64,000 nt of DNA from Camelus ferus (Eukaryota). This document shows positions 12,106 through 25,318 of this stretch, piece by piece. The position numbers and the translations under genes were made by a program. Below the pieces are notes generated by a model. It did no database searches and was not told where the DNA came from. It worked only from the letters and a program-made list of their open reading frames with translations. The DNA is taken from contig NC_045697.1 in NCBI RefSeq assembly GCF_009834535.1, forward strand, positions 108,812,001 through 108,876,000. The letters run 5' to 3'. The number at the start of each line of letters is the position of its first letter. Within the stretch, counting starts at the first letter, position 1.

Positions 12106-12243
12106 ACTATATTCAATGTCTTGTAGTAACTTATAATGAAAAAGAATATGAAAATTAATATGTATATGTACATGCATGACTGGGACATTATGCTGTACAC
12201 CAGAAACTGACATTGTAACTGACTATATGTCAATTTAAAAATA
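12106..12243 (+). mobile_element. Short young L1 3' end
   Basis: Same 3' UTR terminus as the L1 at 514-1325. The direct repeat ATAGAACCA is on both sides. Confidence 0.85.
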
Positions 12244-12344
12244 TAGAACCATTTTCATCAAAAGAGATGCTTTATACATCACCCCACCTAATTACAGGGA
12301 ATAATAAATATGCCTGCCCTTTATATAATATATTATTTGAATAC

Positions 12345-12510
12345 CTTTCACTTTCCTAAACTCATTCAGCTTGTAAAACAGTCATTTGAGGTTGCAAGGA
12401 GGTATGATTTTCCCATTTTCCAGATGAGAAAATGGAGGTGTAAATAAGGGAAGTGACCTGCCCCAGGTCTCACAGTGAACTGGAGAGGTAGAGTATATTC
12501 TAGAGCTAGT
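12345..12510 (-). mobile_element. MIR SINE
   Basis: CCCATTTTCCAGATGAGAAAATGGAGG...AAGTGACCTGCCCCAGGTCTCACAG. Confidence 0.75.
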
Positions 12511-12539
12511 GGTTCTTGGCTTCCAGACCCCTCGCCACA

Positions 12540-12702
12540 CTGGTTGCTCTCAGCCTTTAGCACACATCGGAATCCCCTGCAAGGCTTGTTAACACACAGG
12601 TCACTGGGCCCACTTGCAGAGTTTCTGATTCAGTAAGTCTGAGAATTTGCATTTCTAACAAGTTCCCAGGCAGTGCTGATGCTATGATCTGGAAACCACA
12701 CT
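12540..12702. mobile_element. MER5A-like element
   Basis: AGAGTTTCTGATTCAGTAAGTCTGAGAATTTGCATTTCTAACAAGTTCCCAGGCAGTGCTGATGCT. Confidence 0.85.
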
Positions 12703-13039
12703 CATGCATGTCGACCGACTAGATTAGCAATGGAAAAAAATTTCATAAAGGCCTTAGACCCATAGAAGTTGTATTTAACATGAAAAATCATCTCCATGAA
12801 ACTCACTAATTTCTGACCACCTTTATAGCTGGCCACTGTGTCCCCAGAGCAAAGTAGCACGTGTCTGCTCACAATGGAGGGGGTCCCACTCTCCGTCCCA
12901 GAATACAACCCAACAACTAGAAGCAGAGAAGGAAGGTAAAGAATTTTTTTTAATTTATGTATTTATTTTACAATATCATATTTTTAAAATTGAAGTAGAG
13001 TTGATGTACAATATTATATGTCACAGAAATTAAGAAATT

Positions 13040-13230
13040 TTGAGCACCTACTCTATTTTATGACAGGCATTCTTCAGGGTCTCTTTATTAATAACTTACT
13101 TTATGTTTGTAGTTATTCTTTGCTACAGAAACAAGTATTTCCATTTTATAGATTAAGAAACTGAGGCTCAAAAAATGGTTATGCAACTTGCCTAAGAATT
13201 AGACTATCCGGCTTCAAAGTCTGTTTTTCT
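13040..13230 (-). mobile_element. MIR SINE
   Basis: TTGAGCACCTACT...CCATTTTATAGATTAAGAAACTGAGGCTCA...AACTTGCCTAAG. Confidence 0.75.
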
Positions 13231-15990
13231 TTGACATCATAGATTAAATCATTTTAGATCCATTACCTGATTTCTTTTAGACTCCCCCTAATTTTGGTGA
13301 GGTCCTCAGCATATCAGATATTGGTTCTTTCCCCTCCTCTACGAGGTTAGTTTCCCCGGCCTATGGTATTATACATAATTTCTTTCTAGTTCATAAATTT
13401 CTTTTCTGGACTTTAGTGACGGAATCATTTAGGACTTGTTAATTAACTGATTAGTTTGATGCAAAAGAGGGAAGGAATTAGGAAATTGTGGTATTCATTT
13501 CACGATGTTTTATTTAGTACATATTGACAGGAAAAGATTGTCGTGATAAATTTTATTTTTTTTTAAGGCAAGTTACAAAACATGCAGGGAATGCCGTTTT
13601 TGTAAAAAAAAAAATTGTATGTAAACACACACATATATGCATATGCAAATGCACATACACTCCAACAGACACACTCAGGAGTGTGCATCAGAGCGTCTAT
13701 AGTGATTAACTCAGAATGGGAGGGTGGTGGGTGGTGACTGATCTTCAATTTGCTTTTCTGAATTTTCTGATGCCTCTTCCGTGGGCATATATTATTTCAT
13801 GTAAGAAGGCCCTCCTTGTCCATTCTTAAAATTTCCCTCTCCTCTCCCCACCCTAAGTCCTTTACATGTCCCTGGTATTTGTTCTCCTAATCAAATATTT
13901 AGCTCTATGTTATTCTTGTTACCCAAAATAAGAGTTCTTTGGGAGCAGAAAGAAAAAAAGAAAAAAACCCAGCCTCCCAGCTATGTCCGGTTCAAGGAGA
14001 AAACAAGGCAGTTGCTAAATCTCCCCTCAGACTCCCGTTTTGCATGCATAGTGAGAGTGCTATTCGAGGGCATCCAAGAACAGAACACGGGTAATAATTA
14101 TTTCTTCAGGATTCTTGGGCTCTGCGGGGTGTGCATAAGAATGGAATACACCAACTCGTAAATCTAAATGATTAATAACAACAGCAAGCACGCCGTAATA
14201 AATACTTACAGGAATCAATGAAAAAAAAACTTTTATGTTGCAGCCATGGGCTTCAAAGAGCAGCTATTGATTTTTGCCCTCTACAGAGGAATAAACTCTC
14301 TCGCAGTTCTCTGCCCAAGTGACTCCTGCTCGAGACCCCAGTACCCTGGGGACCCAAAGCCGTGCAGGTCTGAAGAAGGAAGATTCTGCAGTGTGAAGCC
14401 AGAGTCCCTTGAGGACCATGCCTTAGGTCTGGGTCTCTTCCAGAAAAGATCATCCTTCAGTGAAACAGGATGCAAGTGATGCTCTGGGTCAGTCCACCCA
14501 CCCAGTTAAAGGGAGTGGATAGCCAAGAACAGAACCGCCTTTGACCTCTAATGTCTTGGAACCAGAAAGGGAAGGAATGTGTCTTCTTTCATGTGAGTTT
14601 ATAAAAAGGATAGGGTCAGGAAGTTGGGGGTGGTGAGGGGGAACCATTCACTAAGCAGAGAGAAATGTTGGAAACTAGGACATAAAAACTTAGAAATCTT
14701 CAGAACAGGATCAGGAGAGTGAAAGCAATTTCTGGCCCAGGCCTTAACCCCTGGGTGCTTCACCCTTAAAACCCTCCAGAGGGAAACAAACCAGTGACCC
14801 TCCAGGTCTGTGGGGCCTGGCCAGGGTCCTGGTTGCTTAAAGCGTGATTGTCTGCTATCTGGGATGGGCCTCTGGCATTCTCCGCACTCCTCCCGAGCCT
14901 CAACTATCCTGTTATGGCAAAACAGCAGTGTGGGCAAAAGGTACCCGCGGGTTAGGAGCGCAGGCCAAGAGGGAGGCGCCACATCGTTGCATCTCCACCT
15001 GGCAGGCGGAAGGTATTTCTTCTGCACGCTACCTTGGTCCTCTTGCTGGATGGAGTGTATCCCAGAATCGTTTCCTCTTTGAAACAATCTGTTGGGACAG
15101 ATGTGCATGCGAGGCGTCTGCTGCTGGCCCACTCTGCCTTCCTACCGTGCGTTAAATCCACGTTTCGGTCCACGCCTCGGCAAGGTCGCAGGCTGCCCAG
15201 GGCTTCTTCCCCACCTCCGCTCCCAGCACTTAGATAGTCTGTTCAGACCGAGGCCCCGCAAAATCGGACAGGGTAGGACAGCAGGGAAATGGTTAACCTG
15301 ATGGTACCTCACATTCCCAGTCCTCGGCACAAATAACATTGAGAACATTTCTTGACCAATCTAAGTCAAGAGGAAGATATACAGTGATTGTATGAAAGCC
15401 TCTGCTCCAGCAGAGAAGCAAAACTGTCATGTCATATCCACAAAGGGGAAGAGAAGTCTTGGAAAGATGCTCTAGAAACCTTGGCAAGAAGCTAAATACC
15501 ACGAGGCACAAAGTCACTTTCTAGCCACATTCTCAAACTTTGCAGTTCCCCATTTCATGTTTAAAACTGCCAACCACACATATCATCACTCTGCCTCCTA
15601 CTTCTCCTCCAGAAAGGCCCAAGGAAGCAGCATCTCACTGCATTGTCTTCCAGAACAGCAGAATGTTTCTCATCTCGGGCAGACTAGCTTTGCTCCAGCT
15701 GTCACAGAACCAGGGCTCCTCTCCCCTTCTTGTCCTCCTTCGTCCTGTAGAGCCACTGGGAACACATTCACTCTGCCTTTTGACGTTGTAACTAAACACC
15801 ATTACACTGATCTTTCTTATCCACTTCCCATCTCCCCACCAGTTTCTCAGGTGCACTGTTTTACTTTGTGTTTCTGAAACAGCTTGTGTAGGCAGGTACA
15901 AGAGGGAAAAACCCTACCATGTAGAGAGCCTCAACCTCAGCAACTAAGAATGAAGCTACAGCAAAATGCTTGAACGGGTCACTTAAAAGC

Positions 15991-17595
15991 TAGATGGATG
16001 ACAAACAAGCACATGAAAAGATGCTCAGTATTATATGTCATAAGAGGAATGCAAATTAAAGCCACACTGAATGGCTATCATTAAAAAGTCTACAAATAAT
16101 AAGTGCTGGAAAGGGTGTGGAGAAAAGGGAACCCTCCTACACTGTTGGTGGGAACATAATTTGGTGCGGCTACTATGGAGGACAGCATGGAGGTTCCTTA
16201 AAAAACTAAAAACAGAGTTACCATATGATCTAACAATCCCACTCCTGGGCATATATCCAGAGAAAACTGTAATTCAAAAAGACACATGCACCCCGCTGTT
16301 CACAGCAGCACTATTTACAAAAGCCAAGACATGGAAGCAACCTAAATGTCCATCAACAGATGACTGGATAAAGATGTAGTGTATATATACAATGGAATAT
16401 TACTCAGCCATAAAAAGAATGAAATAATGCCATTTACAACAACATGGATGGACCTAGAGTTTATCATATTGAGTGAAGTAAGTCAGACAGAGAAAGGCAA
16501 ATATCATATGATATCACTTACATGCAGAATCTTTAGAAAAATGATACAAATTCTATTTATAAACCAAAAACAGACTAACAGACATAGAAAACATACTATG
16601 GTTACCAAAGGGAAAAGGGTGGGGAGGGATAAATTAGGGGTTGGGGATTTACAAACACACATTGCTATCTATTAAATAGATAAATAACAAGGAAGGACCT
16701 ACTGTATAACACAGGAAACTATATTCAATTTCTTGTAATAACATATAATGGAAAAGAATTGAAAAAAGTATATATATATATGTATATGTATAACTGAATC
16801 ACTCTGCTATACACTTGAACTAACATTGTAAATCAACTACACTTCAAAAAATTTAAGAAAAAAGCCACACTGAGATACTACCACCCATTAGAATAGCTAA
16901 AAAAAACAAAACAACACTAACAATACCAAGTGCCGGTGAGAATGTGAAGCAAGTAGAGTGTTCATACAGTGCTGATGGGAATGTGATGTGGTCCAACAAC
17001 TTTGGAAAACAGTTTGCCAGTTTCTTCCAAAGTTGAATGCATATCTTACCATATGACCCAACCATCCCGCTCCTAACAGAAATAGAAACCTGTGTTCAGA
17101 TAACAAATTTTATGTGAGTGTCTATGGTAGCCTTATTCAAAACCACCCAAAGTTGAAAACAACCCAAATGTCCTTCCACTGGGAATGGATAAACAAACTG
17201 TGCTACATCCATATGATGGAATATTACTTAGCAATGAAAAGTAAGGAACTACTAATACAAGCCACAACCAGGACGATGCTCAAAAACCTACGTTAAACGA
17301 AAGGTACCAGACTCAGAGGTCAATATGTTTCCTTTTATATGATATTTTTGTGAGATTCCTGCAAAGGCAAAACTTTAGGAACAGAAAAAGACCAGTGATA
17401 GTCAGGGACTGGGGCAGGGGTGGTGGAGAGAGGCGTTGAGGACATAGAGTCATGGGGGAATTATGGGAGTGGTGAAGCTGTTCTAGATCTTAGTTATGGT
17501 GGTGGTTACACTACTGTACACATTTATCAAAATTCCCTGAACTATACACTGAGGCTGAGTTTTACCATATGTAAACTCTACCTTAATTTAAAAAC
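15991..17595 (+). mobile_element. Old L1 (L1M-type) ORF2 end and 3' UTR, interrupted by a younger L1
   Basis: AAGCACATGAAAAGATGCTCA...ATGCAAATTAAAGCCACACTGA joins GATACTACCACCCATTAGAATAGCT as contiguous L1 ORF2 once 16071-16873 is removed. An old-type 3' UTR runs to about 17595. Confidence 0.85.
16071..16860 (+). mobile_element. Young 5'-truncated L1 nested in the older L1
   Basis: [31 protein letters not shown] is the L1 ORF2 cysteine-rich domain. The TSD AAAGCCACACTGA lies at 16058-16070 and 16861-16873. Confidence 0.95.
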
Positions 17596-18529
17596 TATGA
17601 CACCAGAGTTGGACTGTCTCCAAGCAAACAGTGTAAATGCCCGTGATGTCACATCTTTAGTCAGCCTTTCCCGAAGGGCCATGGCACTGCTTCTCTCCTC
17701 CCACTGCTGTATGAGAAATGTCACCTCAGAACCACTGGAAATAAATGCGGTGTTCCCATAGCCTCCAGCCCTGGAGGACACTGGTACTGCTGCTTCAGTG
17801 ACAGAGGTGGCACTGGTAAAGAAGGTCAGCCTTTGTGATTGGTTAAATCCAACTGGGAGGGACTCTGTCAGAGTCAGGGGTCATGTAGGAAGTGGCAGCC
17901 AGTGATGCTGAACACGGTTACCATAAGCCATTGGGCACCTAGGATGACCTTGAGGGTGAACGTGACTGAAGGCAGCCCTGCCTACTGTGCGGTCAGTACA
18001 TGACCAACTCGGGAAGGTCCCCAAACCAGGCTACCCTCCACCCCTCCCTTCCCCACACACAGTGCCAAGTGCCATGGGGCCACGGTCCTGGTCTTAGTCT
18101 GCAACCAGCAAGCCATCTGACTCTGGCTTAGAAAACAGAGAGCCAAGCATGGCTCAAAACAGACAGGTCCCCCTGTCCCTGGTTACTCTGATGAGTGAGG
18201 TCTATTTCTCAGCCAGTTTGGGACTGTGTGTTCCCTCCACACGGAAAGCACATGTTCCTGGGAGCCAGCCGATCGCTGGTTCTGAAAAGAATCCTTTGTG
18301 CCCGAGATGAACTGGGCTGGGTGACTGTCCCAGGCGGGTTCCCCTCCAGCCTGCTGAGCCTGGGGAGGGGCCCTAACAGGGCAGCCAGCTTCCCGCAGCC
18401 AGTGGCACGGAGACAAGTGTGCAGGACTCACCTTGCCCTGGTTTCTGCCTCGCCCTGGCTTCAGGCCTCTCTCCGTTGTTCATTCTCCTCATTGTTCTTT
18501 CCTGGCCCTGGGTTATTCTGACCAGCAGC

Positions 18530-19120
18530 TTCTCTCTCTAACAACTTCGTTGAGGTATAATTGATACATGGTAAGGTGCACATTTTAGAGTGCACAATTT
18601 AATCAACTTTGACATGTACATATATCCAGGAAACCATCACCAGAATCAAAATAGAGAACTTGGTGGGGAGGGTGTAGCTCAGTGGTAGAGTGCGTGCTTC
18701 CCGCGCAAGAGGTCTTGGGTTCAATCCCCAGTGCCTCCATTAAAAATAATAATAAAATTAAAAGTATATCATTCTTAAAAAAAAACAAGAATTATCACTC
18801 CCAAAAGTTTCTTTGTGCCCCGCTTGGTAATCCCCTCTCCTGCCCTTGTCTGTCCCTCCCAAGACCCATTAACCTGCTCTCACTACAGGTTAGTTTGCAT
18901 GTCTAGAGTTTTACATAAATGCTTTCACACAGTATTGATTTTTTTGGTGTGGGTGTGGTCTGGCTGCTCTCAGAGAAATTATTTTAAGATTTATCCATGT
19001 TGCCACACATGTCTGTAATTCATTTCTTTTTACTGCTGAGTTGTATCCCACCAAATGGCCACGCCACAATCCGTTTATCCATTCATCTCTGGGTGGACAT
19101 TTCAACTGTTTCAAGGTTGG
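18530..19120 (-). mobile_element. Old L1 (L1MB/ME-like) 3' region, antisense, interrupted by a SINE
   Basis: TTGAGGTATAATTGATACA...; the minus ORF KQLKCPPRDEWINGLW...ATWINLKII is an L1 ORF2 C-terminal remnant. Confidence 0.8.
18665..18787 (+). mobile_element. Full-length tRNA-Ala-derived (Vic-1-type) SINE
   Basis: GGGGAGGGTGTAGCTCAGTGGTAGAG (A box)...GGGTTCAATCCCCAGTGCCTCCA (B box) plus an A-rich tail. Confidence 0.9.
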
Positions 19121-19942
19121 GGGCGGCCTTTCTCTTAAATGATTCAGACTGGCGGTTCCTTAGGAAACACCCAGTGCTCCTCACCGTGGCTTCTTGCTCT
19201 GACCTCTGTTGACCTGTCCCAGTGGGAGCAGCAGGAGTCAGTCCACAGAGAATGTGAATAGCTGTGGGGAGAACTGGCATCTCCTTCCCCTCCCACCTCC
19301 CTTTCAGTGGTCTCTCCACATACAACTGCCCCCCTGATTTGAGCCAGGCAATCCTATGAGGACTGGGAGGAACAGGGCCATTTAATAGTGACAACTTCTC
19401 CCCAGTTTGCCTTTGAGAAGAAGGCAAGTCTCTGCAGAGAGGTTGGTTGCTGACAGTTTTTATAGTACTGGATCTTGGAACACGTTTTTAAAAGCCCAGT
19501 AGAGAATGTCAATGGCAGTGCTTCTTAAACATTGATGCGGACACATGTTATCACAGGAGCATGCTGAATTGCCGATTCTGATTCACTGGGATCAAGACCC
19601 CAAATTCTGGATTTCTAGCAAGATCCTAGATGATCTGATGCTGCTAGTCTTCAGATCACCTCCTGGAAGGGGTCAGTTACAGGCATTTAATCATTTAATA
19701 ATTGCTTTTTAACAAGTGTTTAATCACTACGTATAAAACTTCACTAAATACAGGCTAATTCAAGTCTTCCTCTCTCCTGGAGATCCCTGAAGCTATTCTA
19801 AACTGGCCAGGGTTCTACTGAACACCTCCAGTGCTCCTTAGAAGCAAGGCCTGGCAGTAGGGCTACATGGTGTCAGAGTTTAGGGGTTCAAGAAGAGTAT
19901 CTCTTGTTGGTGCAACATCTACTGCTTCTCTTGTCCTCTGTC

Positions 19943-20107
19943 TTTTTTTTTTTTTTCTTTTTTCTTTTTCCTTTTTTTTTTTTTTTTTTTGGTGGGGGGA
20001 GGTAATTAGGTTTATTTATTTATTCTCAGAGGAGGTACCGGAGATTGAACTCAGGACCTCATGCATGATAAGCATGCGCTTTACCACTTGAGCTGTACCC
20101 TCCCCCC
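19943..20107 (-). mobile_element. tRNA-Ala-derived (Vic-1-type) SINE
   Basis: Poly-T, then GGGGGAGGTAATTAGGTTTATTTATT...TGAGCTGTACCCTCCCC. The TSD TCTTGTC(C/T)TCTGTCTT is on both sides. Confidence 0.9.
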
Positions 20108-20759
20108 TTCTTGTCTTCTGTCTTATACATTAGTCCCTGGGAAATATTAAGTTCTGGAACTAAGACTGCAGAAATGGGTTATGGGATCGGCTGAGAGATT
20201 GTAAAGGGGAAAGGAAACAAGGGTACTCCTAGGAAAGGGAGGAGAGACTCCTAATTGTGTTCCCAGGGCTGATCCAGCTTAAAGCCCAATGGTGAGTGAT
20301 GAATCTGATATGTGTTGTAAGTTTAAAACCTGGATCTCCTGGAAAACTTTCCAAATAGGCCTCAGTTTCTGCACTGTTCCCATTAAATGTCCCTCCCCTC
20401 CCTTTCACTGGCCCTCAATAACTCTCATGTTTGAGAAACAGCTGCTGTAATCGGGTTCACTCTTGAGGCTGTATACACTTGGCCTAGAGCCTGACTCTGA
20501 TGGAATCTCTTTTCTGTAGGGGCCAACCATGGCAGAACTATCTTGGGTAGAAATGAGTTGGTAATGGTAACTGTGGAAATCACAGATCTCTGGGTGAAAG
20601 TTTCCATAAAGTGAGTCACTCAGTGATGCAAAAGAATGTTCACCTCCTATGATGTTCCAGACGTGTGGATACAGCCTTTCTCTCAAGGGAGGACAAGACA
20701 AACTTGTACATCTATACTTACGCATGTTGAGAGGTACAAACGGAACATTTTAGGAGATC

Positions 20760-21450
20760 AGAAAAGAGAAAGGAGTTTTCGAGCCGTGGTCCACAGGGAA
20801 GGCAGCCTGAAGCTGGAGGCACTTACCCGAGTGACAGCTAGGAGCTGGTCAGGGGACAGTCAGGGAGAGGATACGCCAAGACAAAGGTACAAAGGCCAGA
20901 ATGCCCACTGTCACCCACCTGAGAAAGGAAGCCACCCAGTTTTTGTGTCCAGAGGGATGGAACAGCAAGATGTGAAGCAAAGCCAGAGGCCTAACTCGAC
21001 TATCCTACTACCTGAACTCTATTTGGTGTCTAACTGAGGATACAGGAGTGACAGGACCAAAACGATTCTTTAAGGTTGATTGGCCCTGATGTGCCTGGAT
21101 CAGAGAGGGGATGAGACGCGAGATAAGGAGAACGGTTAGGAGGTCGCTGTGCCCATCGGGGCGGGAGGGTCTCAGGCCAGGGTTGGGTCTGGGAATGGAA
21201 CAGGGGTGTGAGTGAGAGGGGGGAGGGGAAGGAAGAGGCCCCAGGATTGGGTGGCTGTATGTCAGAGGTGATGGAGAGCGGGCAGTGATCAGGCTGCAAC
21301 TTTGAGTCTTTCTGGGAGAATGAGTTCCAAGCCGTGAGTTTGGTTTTTGTTAAGTTGAGACATGTATGTGAAAATGTCCGGCAGGCAGTTAGAAACACAA
21401 ATCTTTGTAGCTTTGGAAGCATGGGCCTCCTGGAGACACACACTTAGGTT
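20760..21450 (-). mobile_element. Degraded LINE-2 fragments
   Basis: Minus-strand translations TKICVSNCLPDIFTYMSQLNK and LNLTKTKL resemble L2 ORF2 (ISNCLLDISTWMS..LKLNMSKTEL). Confidence 0.65.
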
Positions 21451-21826
21451 GCTCACACTGAGGGCAAACAAAGATGAGAGCATCTCCAGGATCCCACATG
21501 GTGCTGCTCACGGGGCTGGAAGTGAGAAAGCGAGGCCTTCCCTCGTGGAGTTCTCACGTTTGTAAAGGAAACAAGCCCTCCTGCAGCAGCAGATCCCAGT
21601 GCCCTGGGCAGGCTGTGCAGACGTGTGTGCGGAGCTGCAGGAAAACAGCTGGCCGTGGGGGCAGGCTCTTTCTCATAGGCCTACATTTTTCCAGTGCTCA
21701 CAAGGTGCCAGGCCCCGGACCAAGCACAGCAAAGCACAGACCCATGCCCACTGCGCGATACCGTCCCACAAAGTCATGTCTGCATTCTGTCAGCAGAGGG
21801 GAGGAACTAGTCAAAGAAGGAAATGA

Positions 21827-21910
21827 CTGACACTGTGCCGTACACCAGAAATGGACACATCGTAACTGACTATACTTAATGATAAAAAAAAAAAAAACTA
21901 AGGAAAAAAA
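21827..21910 (+). mobile_element. Very short L1 3' end with poly(A)
   Basis: GTACACCAGAAATGGACACATCGTAACTGACTATACTT plus A tail. The TSD AAAGAAGGAAATGA lies at 21813-21826 and 21911-21924. Confidence 0.85.
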
Positions 21911-24104
21911 AAAGAAGGAAATGAATGGAAGGACAAAGTCCCAGGGGTAGGAAATCAAGACACTGAGATGCCCCTGAAGTCAAAAAGGAAACAATTTCAA
22001 CTGACAGCCGTGCTCATCGGTGTCAAATGCTACCAAAGAGTCAAGAAGGATAAGAACTCAGGGGAGATGACTGAATTGGGGACTTAGAGGTCATGGTGAC
22101 CTTTGGTAGCAATTTCAGTTTAAGAAGCATCAGAGAAAGTCATATTCTAAGGAATGAAATAATGTGGAGGAATACTGAGTGTAGATGTTCTTTTGGAAAA
22201 TGCTGGTAATAAAAGGCAAGATGAGTGCAGGTCATTCAAGACGAGAGCAATTCAGGATTCTTTTTAAGAGAAGAGATCCTGGGATGGGTGGCTATTCACA
22301 GGTAGAAGGTACCCGTAGAGTGGGAATGTTTAAAGATGAAGGAGATAATGAATGCACCGATTCCAAGAGCGTACAGGCCTCCTGGGCTGTCCACGTCTCC
22401 GGCCCTGCCCTCCACTCGGCAGACATGAGGCCCTCACATGTGGCTGCAGCCTCGGGGGGAGGTGGGACCCCAGGCAGCAGCACTCTGACTGGGCTCCTTC
22501 TGGAGCCGTGCTGCCCCGATCAGTGGTTTCTCTCTCTTGCTCCATTTCTCTGACGGTGAATCATTGGCCTGAAGCCCAGTTTCCTCATGGCATGACTTCT
22601 GCATGTTCTCACCTGTAAATAAACTCTTGATCAGACCCAAAGATCTCAAGAAACGGGTTTTCCTAGTCCCAGGTACCAGGATCCCCTGATACCCAGTGAC
22701 AGCTCTGTTAAGTGTTGACCATTCATCTGCCTAGATTTCTATGAACCCCAGCTCTGTGAACCTTGACACCCAGGATTTGGGATCCAGTTTGGAAATTTTG
22801 TTAGTTTTTGCTAGTTAATTTTGTTAGTCTCTTCTCCCAAGAGACTTCACTCAGAAAACGCCTTTCTAACCCAGGGCTATCAAATAATCTGTCTTATTTA
22901 CACCAAGTAACCAGGTTCTGCTTTCTCCAGTTTAGTCAGCCTGCTGTTGCCTCAGCCTCAGGTTGAGAACAGGAGAAACTGTGATCAAAGGTGGAGGTAG
23001 GGGGTGGGGGTTGCCCTCCAGGAAGTTTAAAGGAGGGAAAGATTAGGGAGGTCCAGCAGGTCAGCCTTGAGCTCCCCAGTCTCCAGCTAGTCAGCCATCC
23101 ACCTATCCGTTCTTTTATTCATCCTCTCAATCATTCATTTCCCTGTTTGCCAGTCAACAACATCAGTGAAACACCCAAAATCTGCCAGGCTCCAGAAACA
23201 AGAGACAAAAACACTGAGAAAGCCTCAGGAAAGACTGAAACTGACCCATCAGTGACTCAGAGACCTAGACACACCCGAATCTCTCTTGCTTTCAGCCAAA
23301 GAGAAAGGGGAAAACCTGTTTTATTCGAGACTCAGTGCTGGGGCTTCCCTTAACCAATTAGGACCTCAGGCCTCCCTCAGCCTCCAGTCCTCTCCCAGGA
23401 GGTGAAACCAAATCATCGTTTGGCAATCGTGGGCAGGACGGCAAGCACTGGGTGCCAGGCATTTAAAGATCTCGCCCAGATTGTCAAATCTGGAGCTGAG
23501 GGGTGAATGCTACCTGCTGGATAACTCTTGCTTGTCATCATGGCAAGAGGAATATGAGTATTTTTAATATTTGAAACTCAAATCTAAGTCCTGCTCCAGC
23601 AGAAGCCTCATTACTGGCCTCTCAACTTTTCACGGCTTAGCAGTTGGAGACCAGCACACATCCCGGTCCCACCTGGAGATGCCTGCTTCCGTCCTGTCTC
23701 TGCTTCCTTCCCTAGTAGGACTCATGAGATTCAGAATCCCTCCCGCTTCATCTGTTCCTCCAGACCCAGGGAAAGGAAGATGCAGGGATATCAACTAAAA
23801 GGAAGAGTGAAATGAAAGACTAACAAACAAGCAGGAAGCACGTTCCACCTCACCTGGCCACCGTCAGACAAGGGAATCGACAGGTCTATATCTAGGTGAC
23901 GCTCATTTAAAAATAGATTCATATTTTTTACATTTCTGATTAAAAGCAAAAATATTGTTATGGTGGAAATTTATAAAACATGAAAAAGGATTAAAAAGAA
24001 ATAAAAGTCACCCAGAAATAAACACTGTTAACATTTGGTCTGTTGCCAGCATTTTTTTCTTTACCTATATATATATTTACAAAGTTGTTATCTCTTTTGT
24101 TTGC

Positions 24105-24265
24105 TTTATTTTATTTTATTTTATGTTTGGGGGGAAAGTAATTAGGTTTATTTATTATTTATTTACCTTTTTTTTTAATGGAGGTACTGGGGATTTACTG
24201 GGGATTTAACCCTGGACTCCGTGCATGCTAAACATACACTCTACCACTGAGCTACACCCTCCCCT
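24105..24265 (-). mobile_element. tRNA-Ala-derived (Vic-1-type) SINE with an internal 11-bp duplication
   Basis: GTAATTAGGTTTATTT...AATGGAGG(TACTGGGGATT)x2...CTCTACCACTGAGCTACACCCTCCCC. Confidence 0.9.
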
Positions 24266-24389
24266 CTATTATTTCTTTTATAATCTGCTTTTTTCCTCCC
24301 ATTTCATATATCCTGTCCATTTCCTCACATTTTGAGATGTTCTTCTACAACATATTTAATAGCTGTGTTGTAGCCACAGAAAGAATAAG

Positions 24390-24595
24390 AATAATGACAG
24401 AGTTAACACTTAGAATATCGCAGGCGCTGTATGAAGAGTAACTCAGTTCTCACAATGACTTAATGAGGCAGATGCAATAAAATTAGCTTCCTTTTACGTA
24501 AGAGGACACTGAAGCACAGAGAAGCCACACAGCTAGTAAGTAAAGAGCCCGAACCTGAACCCAGGAAGTGTCAGTGTCCATGCTCTTAACCACTT
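24390..24595 (-). mobile_element. MIR SINE within old antisense L1 remnants
   Basis: CCTTTTACGTAAGAGGACACTGAAGCACAGAGA...CACACAGCTAGTAAG...TGAACCCAGG...ATGCTCTTAACCAC. Confidence 0.8.
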
Positions 24596-25318
24596 ACTCA
24601 TAGAATTTACTGAAATACAAAATCGAATTTACTGAACCTATTTCCTCTTCACGGGTATTGCTCCAAGTCAGGGGCTTTTTTACTACCGTAAGCAATACTG
24701 AATTGAACATTGTTGAAGGCACACTTTTGTACACATGCTTAATTATTTCTTTACAACAATTCCTAGGCCAAAGGGAAACTTACATTTAAGATTTTTGATA
24801 CATACTGCCAAATTTCAGAAACATACCAAATTTTATTCTGCATATATTACTTTTTAAAGAATGCTTACTGAGGCTGTTTGTTTTTTTTTTTTTTGGCAAC
24901 TTCTTTGGAGAAACTGATTCCTCATGATGGTTTTCATGTGCATTTCCTTGTATACTAGTTTTCTAGACATTTTTTTCATAAAAATATTGGCTATTTGCCA
25001 ATTTTTCCTTATTTATTTATAAGAAAATATTTCTTAGTTTTCTTATTTGCTTATAAATAATCATTTTGTTTGTTAACATTTTTTCTGTTAAGGTATTCTG
25101 TTTTATTTTAATTAGAAGAGTTCCTTGTATAGTAAGATTTTAAATCTCTGTCTGCTATGTATGTTGGAAACATCCTTCAAGGTTGTTATTTGACTTTTTA
25201 ATGTTGTTTACAGTGGTTTTTAAAAATATACATTTTTAACTTTTGACTGTGCCCAATTCACTGATTCTTCTCCCTCATGTTCTATCTTTAATGCCATTTT
25301 TAGGAAGATTTCCTCACT

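Noticed and set aside
14599..15132. Longest ORF in the track (177 aa, minus strand)
   Set aside because: No recognisable domain, overlapping ORFs of similar size in other frames, and GC-rich context. Consistent with chance.
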